A model generated the notes under the pieces. It worked only from the letters and a program-made list of their open reading frames with translations. It did no database searches and was not told the DNA's origin. From Bacillota bacterium (GTDB lineage: Bacteria > Bacillota > Clostridia > Christensenellales > DTU072), in NCBI GenBank assembly GCA_009781445.1, contig WQYD01000005.1:1-63707 (forward strand): a stretch of DNA of 63,707 nucleotides, in the 5' to 3' direction. Positions 38,404 through 48,800 of this stretch are shown piece after piece. Position 1 is the stretch's first letter. Each line of letters opens with the position of its first letter. The position numbers and the translations under genes are program-made.

Positions 38404-38940
38404 TTATGATTTAATGTTTGAGTTTCCCGAAACGATTATTTGGTTACCCTCAACGCGGATTACATTCACGGATTCACCCTGCGCTATAAAGAATCCTTCG
38501 GTTACCACATCGTAAGTTTCACTCTCAATTTCCGCTTTTCCCGCAGGGCGAAGAGGGGTAATTGATATTCCTGATTTGCCTATAAGTTTAATGTGAATAT
38601 CGGTGTCTTTAAAATTTTCAGGCACAGCCGTGTCTGCCACGATAAGCGCGGTTCTGTTAAACCAACCTTTCTTGGTGGCAACCGCCATTAAAATAACCGC
38701 AATGCCTATTAATATAATTTGGAAGAAAAGAATCAGCATGATTTGGGAAACGGCGTTGCCGTCTTTCACAAGCACTCTTAAAATTATGCCTGTAACGGAT
38801 AATAAACCGCCCACGATTCCGAATACACCGAACCCCGGTTCAAAGATTTCAATAAAAATGAACACAAGCCCCACCGCAAGGCAGATTACCACCGCGGGTG
38901 TCATTCCTGTGAATAATGTGGCTATTTCTTTAAATAACAT
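38404..38940 (-). CDS. Short NfeD-family membrane protein
   Basis: EIF.PGFGVFGI TMs and C-terminal OB fold (TPLRPAGKA...DVVTEG.FI); adjacent to floA. Confidence 0.88.
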   Translation of the reverse strand: MLFKEIATLFTGMTPAVVICLAVGLVFIFIEIFEPGFGVFGIVGGLLSVTGIILRVLVKDGNAVSQIMLILFFQIILIGIAVILMAVATKKGWFNRTALIVADTAVPENFKDTDIHIKLIGKSGISITPLRPAGKAEIESETYDVVTEGFFIAQGESVNVIRVEGNQIIVSGNSNIKS

Positions 38941-38965
38941 TTAACCTTTCGCCTTTAAGAATTTA

Positions 38966-39505
38966 TTAGCTGTTAGCAAATCCGAGTTCAAGTGCTTTTA
39001 GATTTGCGGTTACTAATTTAGGTTTGTCCGAAAACCGTTGTTTTATAACACTCTCTGCCTGTTCTCTTGTAATTGCGTCCGTATTCTTAAGATACGCACC
39101 GAGTGCCACGATATTCGCGGTTTTAATGTCCCCCGCCTCTTCCGCAAGTTCGTTAGCTTTTAGATAAATAACTTTTATATCGCTTCGGTTTGCCTTTTCT
39201 TCCACGAGAGAGGAATTGATTATAATAACACCGCCTGCTTTCACGCGCGGTAAAAATTTATTAACGCTTGGCTTGTTCATTGCAATCACCACATCGGGTG
39301 CGGTAATAATAGGGCTTGCAATCATAGTGTCCGAAACCACAACGCTACAGTTGCTTGTGCCACCGCGCATTTCGGGGCCGTAGCTTGGAAGCCATGTAAC
39401 TTCTTTTCCGCCCGATATCGCCGCCAAGCCTATAAATTGCCCAAGGCTTAACACGCCTTGTCCGCCGAAGCCTGCTATAATCATTTTTTCTTGTTTGTTT
39501 TTCAT
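38966..39505 (-). CDS. 2-oxoacid:ferredoxin oxidoreductase gamma subunit
   Basis: AGFGGQGV and PSYGPEMRGGTSNC motifs. Confidence 0.93.
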   Translation of the reverse strand: MKNKQEKMIIAGFGGQGVLSLGQFIGLAAISGGKEVTWLPSYGPEMRGGTSNCSVVVSDTMIASPIITAPDVVIAMNKPSVNKFLPRVKAGGVIIINSSLVEEKANRSDIKVIYLKANELAEEAGDIKTANIVALGAYLKNTDAITREQAESVIKQRFSDKPKLVTANLKALELGFANS

Positions 39506-39553
39506 ATCTACCTCAAAGTTCTGTTTTAAGAATTATCTAATATCTGTCAGGAA

Positions 39554-40288
39554 TTATTTAATATCCTTAAAAACGCCGAGCGGATAATGGTTTGTAAGTT
39601 CTTTCTTCACAAAGGCGCAAGCCTCAATAGGATTCATTTTCCAATTGGTGGGGCAGGACGACAAAAGTTCAACCATGGTAAAGCCTTTGCCTGCCTTTTG
39701 ATATTCAAAAGCCTTTTTAACAGCTTTCTTAGCTTTTAGCACACTGCCTGCGTCTGCCAAGGAAACGCGTTCAATATATGCCGTGCCTTTAAGTTGCGCA
39801 AGCATTTCGGATACATTTATAGGATTTCCGTGCGATTGATTTCTGCCGAGGGGGGTTGTGGTTGAGCGTTGCCCCGGAAGGGTGGTGGGTGCCATTTGCC
39901 CGCCCGTCATTCCGTAAATTGCGTTATTGATAAAGATAACGGTTATATTTTCACCCCTCGCCGCCGCATGCACGATTTCCGCCGCGCCTATGCTTGCAAG
40001 ATCGCCGTCCCCTTGATAGGTAAAAACTATCGTATCGGGATTGCATCTCTTAATGCCTGTGGCAACTGCAGGCGCTCTGCCGTGCGCCGCCTGTTGCATA
40101 TCGCAGTTAAAGAACTTGTAAGCAAAAACAGCACAGCCCACGGGTGCAACCCCGCACGCGTTGCCCTCTGCGCCAATTTCCTCAAGTGCTTCTGCCACAA
40201 GCCTATGTGCAATACCGTGTGTGCAACCTGCACAAAAGGTAAGCGGTGTGTCTGTTAACATTTTTGATTTTTGAAATACTACTGCCAT
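39554..40288 (-). CDS. 2-oxoacid:ferredoxin oxidoreductase beta (TPP-binding) subunit
   Basis: FCAGCTHG, HGRAPA, YQGDGDLASIG, NNAIYGMTGGQ and CPTNW motifs. Confidence 0.93.
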   Translation of the reverse strand: MAVVFQKSKMLTDTPLTFCAGCTHGIAHRLVAEALEEIGAEGNACGVAPVGCAVFAYKFFNCDMQQAAHGRAPAVATGIKRCNPDTIVFTYQGDGDLASIGAAEIVHAAARGENITVIFINNAIYGMTGGQMAPTTLPGQRSTTTPLGRNQSHGNPINVSEMLAQLKGTAYIERVSLADAGSVLKAKKAVKKAFEYQKAGKGFTMVELLSSCPTNWKMNPIEACAFVKKELTNHYPLGVFKDIK

Positions 40289-40390
40289 TTTTCTCTTTTT
40301 GTTAGTGATTGGTGGTTATTTGCCTACGGCGCGTAACGCGCGTTATAATAAGTATATAACTTGTTACGATAAAGCGCAAACGATTGGGGC

Positions 40391-40541
40391 TAATTCAGAA
40401 TTCAGAATTCAGAATGCAGAATTATGGATTATCTAATAATGATATTTAGAATCCACCATTCGTAAATCGTAAATCGTAAGTCGTCATTACTCTTGATGAG
40501 ATTTAGAATCCTTCATGTTTCTCGTTTATCGTTTCTCGTTT
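40391..40541. repeat. Heptamer-repeat cassette with two core motifs
   Basis: AATTCAG x4, core at 40433-40454, TCGTAAA x3, second core at 40495-40511, TTTCTCG units overlapping the ttcA 3' end. Confidence 0.85.
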
Positions 40542-41274
40542 CACTTTTCCCTTTCTCAGGCAAAAGGCTATTCCTCTCAGGGTGGTAAAGTGCGGAAAGC
40601 ATTCTTAGTTTTGCAATCGGGATATCTTCGTTGAGTTTGTTAACCAAATTCTTCATATATTCGCGTTGGCTTACATGGTTTTTGGGGCAAGGGTTAAAAA
40701 CCACAGGCAAAGCGTGCTTTTTGGCAAAGCATTTAACTTCGTCCTCTGATATGTAAATCATGGGGCGGATAAGCGTCATATCCGTTCTGTCCATGTAAGA
40801 AACGGGCTTAAAGGTGGAAAGCCTGCCCTCATAAATAAAAGATAAAAGGAAAGTTTCAAGCAAATCTTCCGCGTGATGCCCAAGCGCAAGTTTATTTGCG
40901 CCTATTTTAATCGCAGAGGTATTAAGCGCACCGCGCCTCATTTTTGAACACAAAGAACAAGGATTTTTTTCCTTTCTTTCAGTAAAAATAATTTCGGCAA
41001 TTTCGCTTGGTTCAATAATATATTCCACACCAAGGTTTTTGCAATATTCTTTTAATGCTTCAACTTCTTTGGGGTTAGTATCTTTAAATCCCAAATCAAT
41101 GGTTATCGCTGTAAGTTTAAATATTTCAGGGGAAAATTTTTGATAAGCCTTTAAAAGGGTTAAAAGAAGCAAGCTGTCCTTCCCGCCCGAAAGCCCCACG
41201 GCGACATGATCGCCCATGTTTATCATATTATAATCCGTAAGCGCGCGCCTTAGCGAACTCAAAAGTTTTTGCAT
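40513..41274 (-). CDS. ttcA: tRNA 2-thiocytidine biosynthesis protein TtcA family
   Basis: SGGKDS PP-loop, CSLCSKMRRG, GHHAED and IRPM motifs. Confidence 0.9.
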   Translation of the reverse strand: MQKLLSSLRRALTDYNMINMGDHVAVGLSGGKDSLLLLTLLKAYQKFSPEIFKLTAITIDLGFKDTNPKEVEALKEYCKNLGVEYIIEPSEIAEIIFTERKEKNPCSLCSKMRRGALNTSAIKIGANKLALGHHAEDLLETFLLSFIYEGRLSTFKPVSYMDRTDMTLIRPMIYISEDEVKCFAKKHALPVVFNPCPKNHVSQREYMKNLVNKLNEDIPIAKLRMLSALYHPERNSLLPEKGKSETRNDKRET

Positions 41275-41390
41275 AGTTTAATTTTATAATTAAACCCTGC
41301 CAAATAGCAACCTCTTGCAAATTGTTTGTTATTTTTCGCTTTTTATTGTATACTGAAACCATAAAAAATGATTTAAAGAGGTGTTTTATC

Positions 41391-41597
41391 ATGGCAATAA
41401 CCAAGGATATGCTAATTATAGACGCATTAAAGCAAGGCAATGTGGAAGCAATGGCAGAAGTGCTTTACGGCTTCGGTATGCACTGCTTGGGTTGCAAGCT
41501 TGCAAGTGGCGAAACTCTTGAACAAGCCGCAGCCGTCCACGGCGTGGATATTGATTTAATGCTTGAAGCCTTAAACGAAGCAGCGAATTCTGTTTAG
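41391..41597 (+). CDS. DUF1858 small redox-disulfide domain protein
   Basis: ITKDM.I, GMHCLGC and ETLEQAAAVHG motifs; GAGGTG RBS. Confidence 0.88.
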   Translation: MAITKDMLIIDALKQGNVEAMAEVLYGFGMHCLGCKLASGETLEQAAAVHGVDIDLMLEALNEAANSV

Positions 41598-41767
41598 CAA
41601 AAGTTAGCCCTTTTCAAGACAAAACGAAACCACGAAATCGGTAGCTGCTAAAGAGTGTACGGCGCGATTCTGTTGCTATAGCTACAAAATTATGCACAAT
41701 ACACAGCGCACAGTGCGCGTCAGAGCAATTCCGCACAGAAAACACCAAATGTCAACCGCCAATCACC

Positions 41768-41797
41768 AAAAAACCCGCACTTCTGTGCGGTTTTTTT
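41768..41797 (+). terminator. Rho-independent terminator (bidirectional-looking)
   Basis: AAAAAAC-CCGCAC-TTCT-GTGCGG-TTTTTTT. Confidence 0.8.
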
Positions 41798-41867
41798 GTG
41801 AGGTATGAAAATATTTTTGGCACTTGTTAAAGAGTTTATGCTGTAATTTTGTTGCTATAGCAACGGA

Positions 41868-41972
41868 ATATCGCAAAGCGAGGCTTTGCGGTGATATTTT
41901 CCCTGCGGAAAAATGATATTGCTATGCAATGATATTCGCTACGCAAATGATATTTGCCTTATGGCAAGTGTA
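41868..41972. repeat. REP-like hairpin array separated by TGATATT
   Basis: Five short hairpins, each separated by TGATATT; mirrors the array at 12-103 (e.g. TTTTCCCTGCGGAAAA vs TTTTCCGCAGGAAAA). Confidence 0.65.
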
Positions 41973-41974
41973 TG

Positions 41975-42830
41975 ATAAATTTAGAATGCAGAATTAAGGA
42001 CGAAATTATAAAATATTAAATATGAAATATGAAATATAAGAACCTGCCTGTGGCAGAACCTTGGTGTCGCCTTGCAGGCTTAACTAAAAATATAAATTGA
42101 GGATTCTAAATCTCATTAAGAGTAATGACGACTTACAACTTACGATTTACGAATTATGGATTTAGTTATCATAACTCTAATCCCAAACAACTAATCATCA
42201 ATCTCAAACAATAATTCCATAATTTATATTTCATATTTCATATTTCATATTTCCACATTTCCATTTTTCACTCTTCTTTCCCCGTTTACTGCCCAGTTTG
42301 GCAAAAAATTTGTAGTAAATAAAAAGTCTTTTGTTGTTTTTGGTTAATGTATTGACGGATTTTTAAATTCATGTCAACATTGGTGTTTATTTGGTGTTGC
42401 TGGTATGTTAGCATGTTAGGTTAGCGTGCAGAGAGAGGGTTATTTTCAGTTTACTGCCTATTTTTGGCAGAAAATGTGCAGTAAACAAAAAAAGTTTTAA
42501 AACATTCAAAAAAGTATTTACAGCCGTGCGAAAAAGTGCGACAATTGAAGCGTGGGGTTATGCGCGCTACGCTTTCGCGTACGCGTAATAAAATAGTTGC
42601 GCATGGCGCATATAAAGGCGAGGGGCGAGAAAAATATAAAATATGAAATATAAAATATAAATTTCGGAATCTAAATATCATTATTGAGTAATCCGCAATT
42701 CTGAATTCTGAATTCTTAATTCTGAATTAATCCACAATTCGTACTTCGTACTTTGTACTTTGTACCTCGTACTTCAAAACGAAACACCAACCACCAATCA
42801 CCAAACACCAACAACTAACCACCTTATTAA
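41975..42830. repeat. Heptamer-repeat-rich region upstream of the giant gene
   Basis: AAATATG/ATTTCAT, TTACGA(C/T), AATTCTG, TTCGTAC and ACCA(A)C arrays; core motifs at 42101-42120 and 42666-42685. Confidence 0.8.
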
Positions 42831-42846
42831 AAAAGAGGAAACAGAC

Positions 42847-45800
42847 ATGAGAAGATTTTTAGCTATGAACAAGAACGCCATTACAAAAGTTGCGATTATT
42901 GCGCTAATTTTAGCGGTTATCACAACCATAGTGCTTGTTAGCGTGCCGTTAGGCGGAAGGGGTAGCGATTCCCGCTTGCCTTCGGATCACGGCAATGTGA
43001 TTTTAAGCCCGCCGATTGATAACCCTCTCGGCAAGTCTTACGAATACACAATCCGTAAGCAGGGTTCAACTTACATAGCGGAAAGCTATTATGTTAGCAC
43101 GGGCGCGTACACAGTTGCGCAAGGCTTGGTGCTGAACAACATAATGGGCGCAATCCGTGAGGACGCAGACGGCGCGGACAGCGAAGTGCTTTTCGGGCAA
43201 GGGCAAACCCTCAATGTGGGCGATGATGCTTTAAGGTTCTTCAATAACGATTTCATGATTCCTTGGGGAACTGTTACCGTAAGCGGAACTATCACAGGCA
43301 CGGGCGGTAACACCGCAGTGGTTGTGGTGGAAGTTCCTAACATTATCTTTAACGCGAACGCGACTGCCACGGGCGCAGGCGAAGCAATCCGCTTTGCAAG
43401 CGAAGGTGATTTAACGATTCAAAGCGCGACTATCGCAAACAGCGGTAGCGGTACTGCAATCCGCAATATGGGTGAAGGTAGCTTGTACGCAATTGCCTCA
43501 ACGCTCACAAGCAACGGCTCGGCGGTAGTGGTTAACCAACTCGGCACAGCGGTTTTAGATAATTCCACCGTTACTAACACAGGTTCGGCAGGCTTTGCGC
43601 TAAATAACAGCGATATAGCCGTTATCACCGAAGGAAGCACGGTTACTTCAAGAGGAACTGTTGCCACGGTTTATAGCCAATACAGCGCAAAGCTAACAGT
43701 GGGCGCAAAAAGCGCGGTTATAGCTTCTGGCATTGCAAAAGTGGAAAACACAGGGCTTGGCTCTGCAATCCAAACGCTTTCCACAGATTCAGCCACTCAA
43801 ATTTTGGCAAGTGCGCAAATTTTAAATAACAGTTCTTTTGCCACAATTCAATATTCAGGCACAGCCACCCTTTTAATTACAGGCGCGAAAGTGGCAAACG
43901 CTGGCGGTGGTGCGTCCATTAACAGCACGGTTGAGGGCGGAAATATTACGCTTGGCGGTTTGGTTCAAATCACTGGCGAAATCCGCATTTTCCCAAGCCA
44001 ACTCGGGGTAGATGTTTCAAGCACACCTTCAAGGTTTAACCCCGGTTCGGCGGTTTTCAATGTGTGCGTGAACGGCACTTCCCCCCAAGATTTCGGCGTG
44101 GGAAGCAAATTCGTGCTTAACGGTTCGGTTTTCAGCAACAATTTCACACTTACGAACACTGGCTTTATTGCAGGAAAAGGGCTTGGCGCGGATAGCGTTC
44201 ACCTTGTGATGCTTGTGGCAAATGTGGAAACCTCGGATTATTATATCGTTACAAAAGCTAACGATTTATACACAGTTTCTGGTGAATATACCCCTGGGGG
44301 TAACAGATATTCTTTGGCTAACGGAATTACCTCAGCCAAGGCTTCGGCAGAATTGATTAAATCTTCCGCAGGCGGAAGAGATGTTAGCATTTTCTTTGGC
44401 TGGGCAAACCTTGCCACGGCTTTCGGCAGAGATATTTTTGAAATCAGCGGTTCGGGCTGGGGCGAAGTTACGCTACTCGGAAACCTTGCGGGCATGGTTC
44501 AAATCGGCGAAGCAAAAGATTATAACAGGGATACTTGGTTCAGCACAGTGGGCGTGAATGTTATTAGCTACGCTAACATTGCTTATTCAAGTTCAGATTC
44601 CCCCGCTATCCGCTTATGCGTTAATTCAACCTTAACCATTCTTGGCGGTGCGGTTATTTCTTCGCAAGGCTATGCGGTAGGCATGGACAGCGGAATAGAT
44701 TGGGACACAGGCTATAATTTATCTGAAGCCTCATTCTTGCATATTAACGGCGCAAGTGCAGTGGTAGACGGCGTGGACGGCGGAACGGTTCTTCTTGAAA
44801 AAGGCACAATCCGCTACCAAGTGTACTACACTTATTTTACAATGACTGGCGGAACGCTAACCAATATAGAATACACTTACTTGCTTGAAGGTTCGCACAT
44901 TTCGGGCGGTGAAATTACTTCGGCTACTAACGGCAATTCTTATGTTTTGTTTGACGGCAGTTACACAATATCAGGCGGTAAAATAACTTCACATTCTGAT
45001 TATGCGTTTAGAACAGGCTGGGACGCTTACGGTGGGGATTTAACTGCGGTAATTGATAACACAGGCGGAAACCTTGTGCTTGATATAAAGGGCAAACTTT
45101 TATGCTACGGCTATTATGAAATATTCAATATAGATACAGTTGTGGGTGACGGTATTGGTGGTGCGCGCGATATTACCTTGATTAACAGCAAGATTGTGGC
45201 AAACAACGGTGATGGGCTTAGAGGCGATGGCGGTGGCTTTTTAAGGGCTGAAATCATTAACAGCCATATTGAGGCATTGTACGCTGGCTTATATATTGAT
45301 TCACTTGTTGGCGAATCAATCATATCGGATAGCACGATAATATCGCACTCGTATTACGCTCTTGCTGGGTTCTATTCTTACGGCAATGACGCTTTCCTTA
45401 CGATAACAAACAGCACAATAACTTCCTATGATTCTATAGCGGTAACTTTAGCTATTCCGTTCTTAATTGAGGACGGCACGATTAGTGCGCCAAGCAGTGG
45501 CATTGCATTTCAAATTAACGATGCACCTGCTACGGTAAAAAACAGCACAATCACGGGCGATATACAAATTTGGAACGAAACTTCATTCTTTACACTCGGT
45601 GGCGAAATAATACTAAACGGTTCAATAGTATTAGTTCCGCAGGATGTTGGGGGCGCTGGGCTTGCTTTGGACGATTGCTTTGTTCCTATGCAAACTTACC
45701 AACTGCATTTGGCAGGTTCGTACGGTGTGGAATATGAACCGGGGGCATTGGTGGTTGCTAACGGCGGAACACATATTTCTTACTTTGAGGCAAGTTCTAT

Positions 45801-48800
45801 AGATCCGCCCTCACGCGTTGAGTTGGCTTTAAGCATGCGCCCTGGATTTGAAAATGATATCGTGGTAGAAGGCGCAGACGATAGCAGAGGATTTGATTAT
45901 ATAATCCGTGCAGACGGCGTGTTCTGCGCAGATACCAATTTCAGAATATCTGCTAACAATCTTCAAGAGGGCTTAAATGCAATCCGCAGAGATGCAAGAG
46001 GGCAAAGCGTTAACATTACAATTGAGGGTACGGCAGGAATTAACAGCTGGAATCCAAGCCCCTCGGCAACAAACACCCGCCGTTTTGAAAATGACGGTTC
46101 AAGCAGGTGGGGTACAATACACCTTTATGCTGATAGCTATCATTTCACCATTAACACCACTAATAACTATTTGAATACTCTATTTGTGGTAGGCACAGGC
46201 GTTCATGTGGTTAGCTACATTAACGCTTCACGAATCCACGGCGATCAATACGAAACACAAACAAACAATGACGATTTGATTTTTGATGTGCTTGAAGGCG
46301 GTAGGCTAACAATAGCGGAAGGGCTTTTGATTAACAAATATGCAGATAGGCACACAAATGTTATCAGGCTTGCTGAAAACAGCACGCTTAAAGCCGAAGC
46401 AATAATTAACGGCGGTGATATTTTTGGCGGATTTATTATCGGTGGCGGTACGCTAACCATGAACGCTGGGGATGTTTCCATATTCTACTCGTTCTCTTCA
46501 AGCAGTTCCCCTCAGTATGCAATTAACAATGTGCATACCGCAATTTCTATCGGAAGTGGCGGAACTTTGAACATTAGAGGCGGTTACATAAACATTAACC
46601 AAATGACAGGTTACTCAGTGAACCTTCTTGCAATCGGAAGCGGTGATAGCCTTGCAAGCACCGATGACGATATTACCATTTCAATCACAGGCGGTACAAT
46701 AGACATAAGGCAACAATCCACATTCGCGCGCCTTACTGCTATAGACGCGGGTCGCGCGGGCGCGAACATATTAATAAGGAATGCAGAGTTGAATATTACT
46801 CAGCTTTGCACAAGCAGTGGCACGGCTACCGCTTTAATTACAAGGACGGAAGCCACAATCACATTTGATAACGCTACCATTGATATTAACCAAAACGGCG
46901 CATCTGCTTCCTCTGTGGGAATTGCAAGCGGTACTAACGGTATCTTTAACATTACGGATAGCACGGTGGAAATGACGGATAGCACCCCAAGGCTTATCAA
47001 TGTACAAACTAACACACTTCTCACAATCACAGGCAGTGAAGTGCTTACAGTAAGCACATATCAACAGGTTTCCACCTCTTATTATGTTATCCAAGCCTCA
47101 AATGAAAGCATAGTAACGGTTATAGACAGCTTAATCAGAAGTTTCAGCGGAAATGCGATTATCGCACAAGGCGGAAGCACAATCAGGCTAATCAGCGGAA
47201 CTGTGCAATCAGGCACAAGTGCTTCGGCAAGATCCATTACGGATACTTCTTCTGCCTCAGCCACAAACCAAGCCACAATTGAATTTAACCCTAAAGCCCT
47301 TGAAATTAAGGGTATTATGAAAATCAATTCCGAAAAACTTTTCGTGATTGAGGTTGAAGGCCCTGATATGGGGCAAATGTTCTTATTCCACATTGAAATT
47401 AACGGCGAAAGTTTTGTGGATTTCTCTTTGGGTTCAATAGCGGTTATGGAAGGCGAACAATACGCACTCAGATTCCGCTCAAGCCAAGGCTTCTCAATGG
47501 CAATTTGCCCATTTAGTTCGGCGGAATTCCCCGGATACGGAAACTTGATTCTTGGTATCAGCTTGCCCGAAATTGAACTATTTTACATAATCAGGCATAA
47601 CACAACTTCAGGTGATTACCGCTACGATGTGTTTAAAACAGACGAAGAGGGCAATGAAGAACAAATAGTGGAAAACAAAGCCATGGAATACGCCCTTGCA
47701 GACACACGCGTGGATGCAAACGGTGCTGTGGCAGAACTTTACTTTGAAAATGTTAACACAAATATAAGGATTGATTTATATAACTTCTATGACGAAGCAT
47801 GGGGCCCCATTGTTCTTCGCGGACAAGTTTACAGCACTTTAAGCACTGATTACACATTCAAAATATCTGAAAATATGCAGGTATATATGGATATGGACTT
47901 AACAAGTTCACAAAGTGCAGGCGGTGCGGTGCAAGTGGCAGGCACAACCGCGCTTAGAAGTACCTTATATATAATAGACGGCACGATTTCTTACGCAAGT
48001 AGCGGAACAATTATCCATGCAAGAACATCCAATGTGTTCATTATCGGCGGTAGGGTTGAAAGGCTTGCAAACGGAAGCAACACAGCAAGCGGTTCGGTGG
48101 TTGATATAAGTGATAACACTTCGCAATTTTACATTGAGGGTGAAGATACGCGTATCATAAACCACCAAAATGCAGGAAGCGCGGAAAACACGCTTGCCAC
48201 ATTGCGCCTCGGAAGCACTGCTAACGCGGTGTTCATGGGTGGCAGAATTCTATCCACCGGAACAGTTAACACAATTTACGCGCAAGGCGCAACGATATCA
48301 CTTCGCGGTGGTCAAATTATTAACACAGCGGAAGGAATTGCTATTTACAATGCCTCGGCTTCGGTAAATATTTCAGGCGGTACGATTTCTGCGCTTGGCG
48401 GTTATGCTTACTGGGGTGCAACAAGTATTTCTTACCATAACTCATTGTCAGGACAGCTTTCAATGAGTGGCGCACCCAAATTCATTGGTGATTTCTCTGT
48501 AAATTCCAACCTTCTTTCCGCAAGCACAACCTTAAACCTTGGCAATGATATTATTAAGGTTTATTTAAGGGGCAACTTGGCAGACGATTGGACGCTCGGC
48601 ACAATCGTAATGCGTGGCGGTGTTGCGCACATGGCGAACTTTAACTTTATCTTCGTGAACCCAGCTTCCGATGCAGGTTCAGCCTACTTCTTTGGTGCAG
48701 GGCTTGGCTCAAGTGCTAACCATGTGGTGGTAAGCCATGCCAAAATGGGTACGCAAACTTACGAATACTACTATTTGCAAGTTACAGGCGGAAGAAGCAT

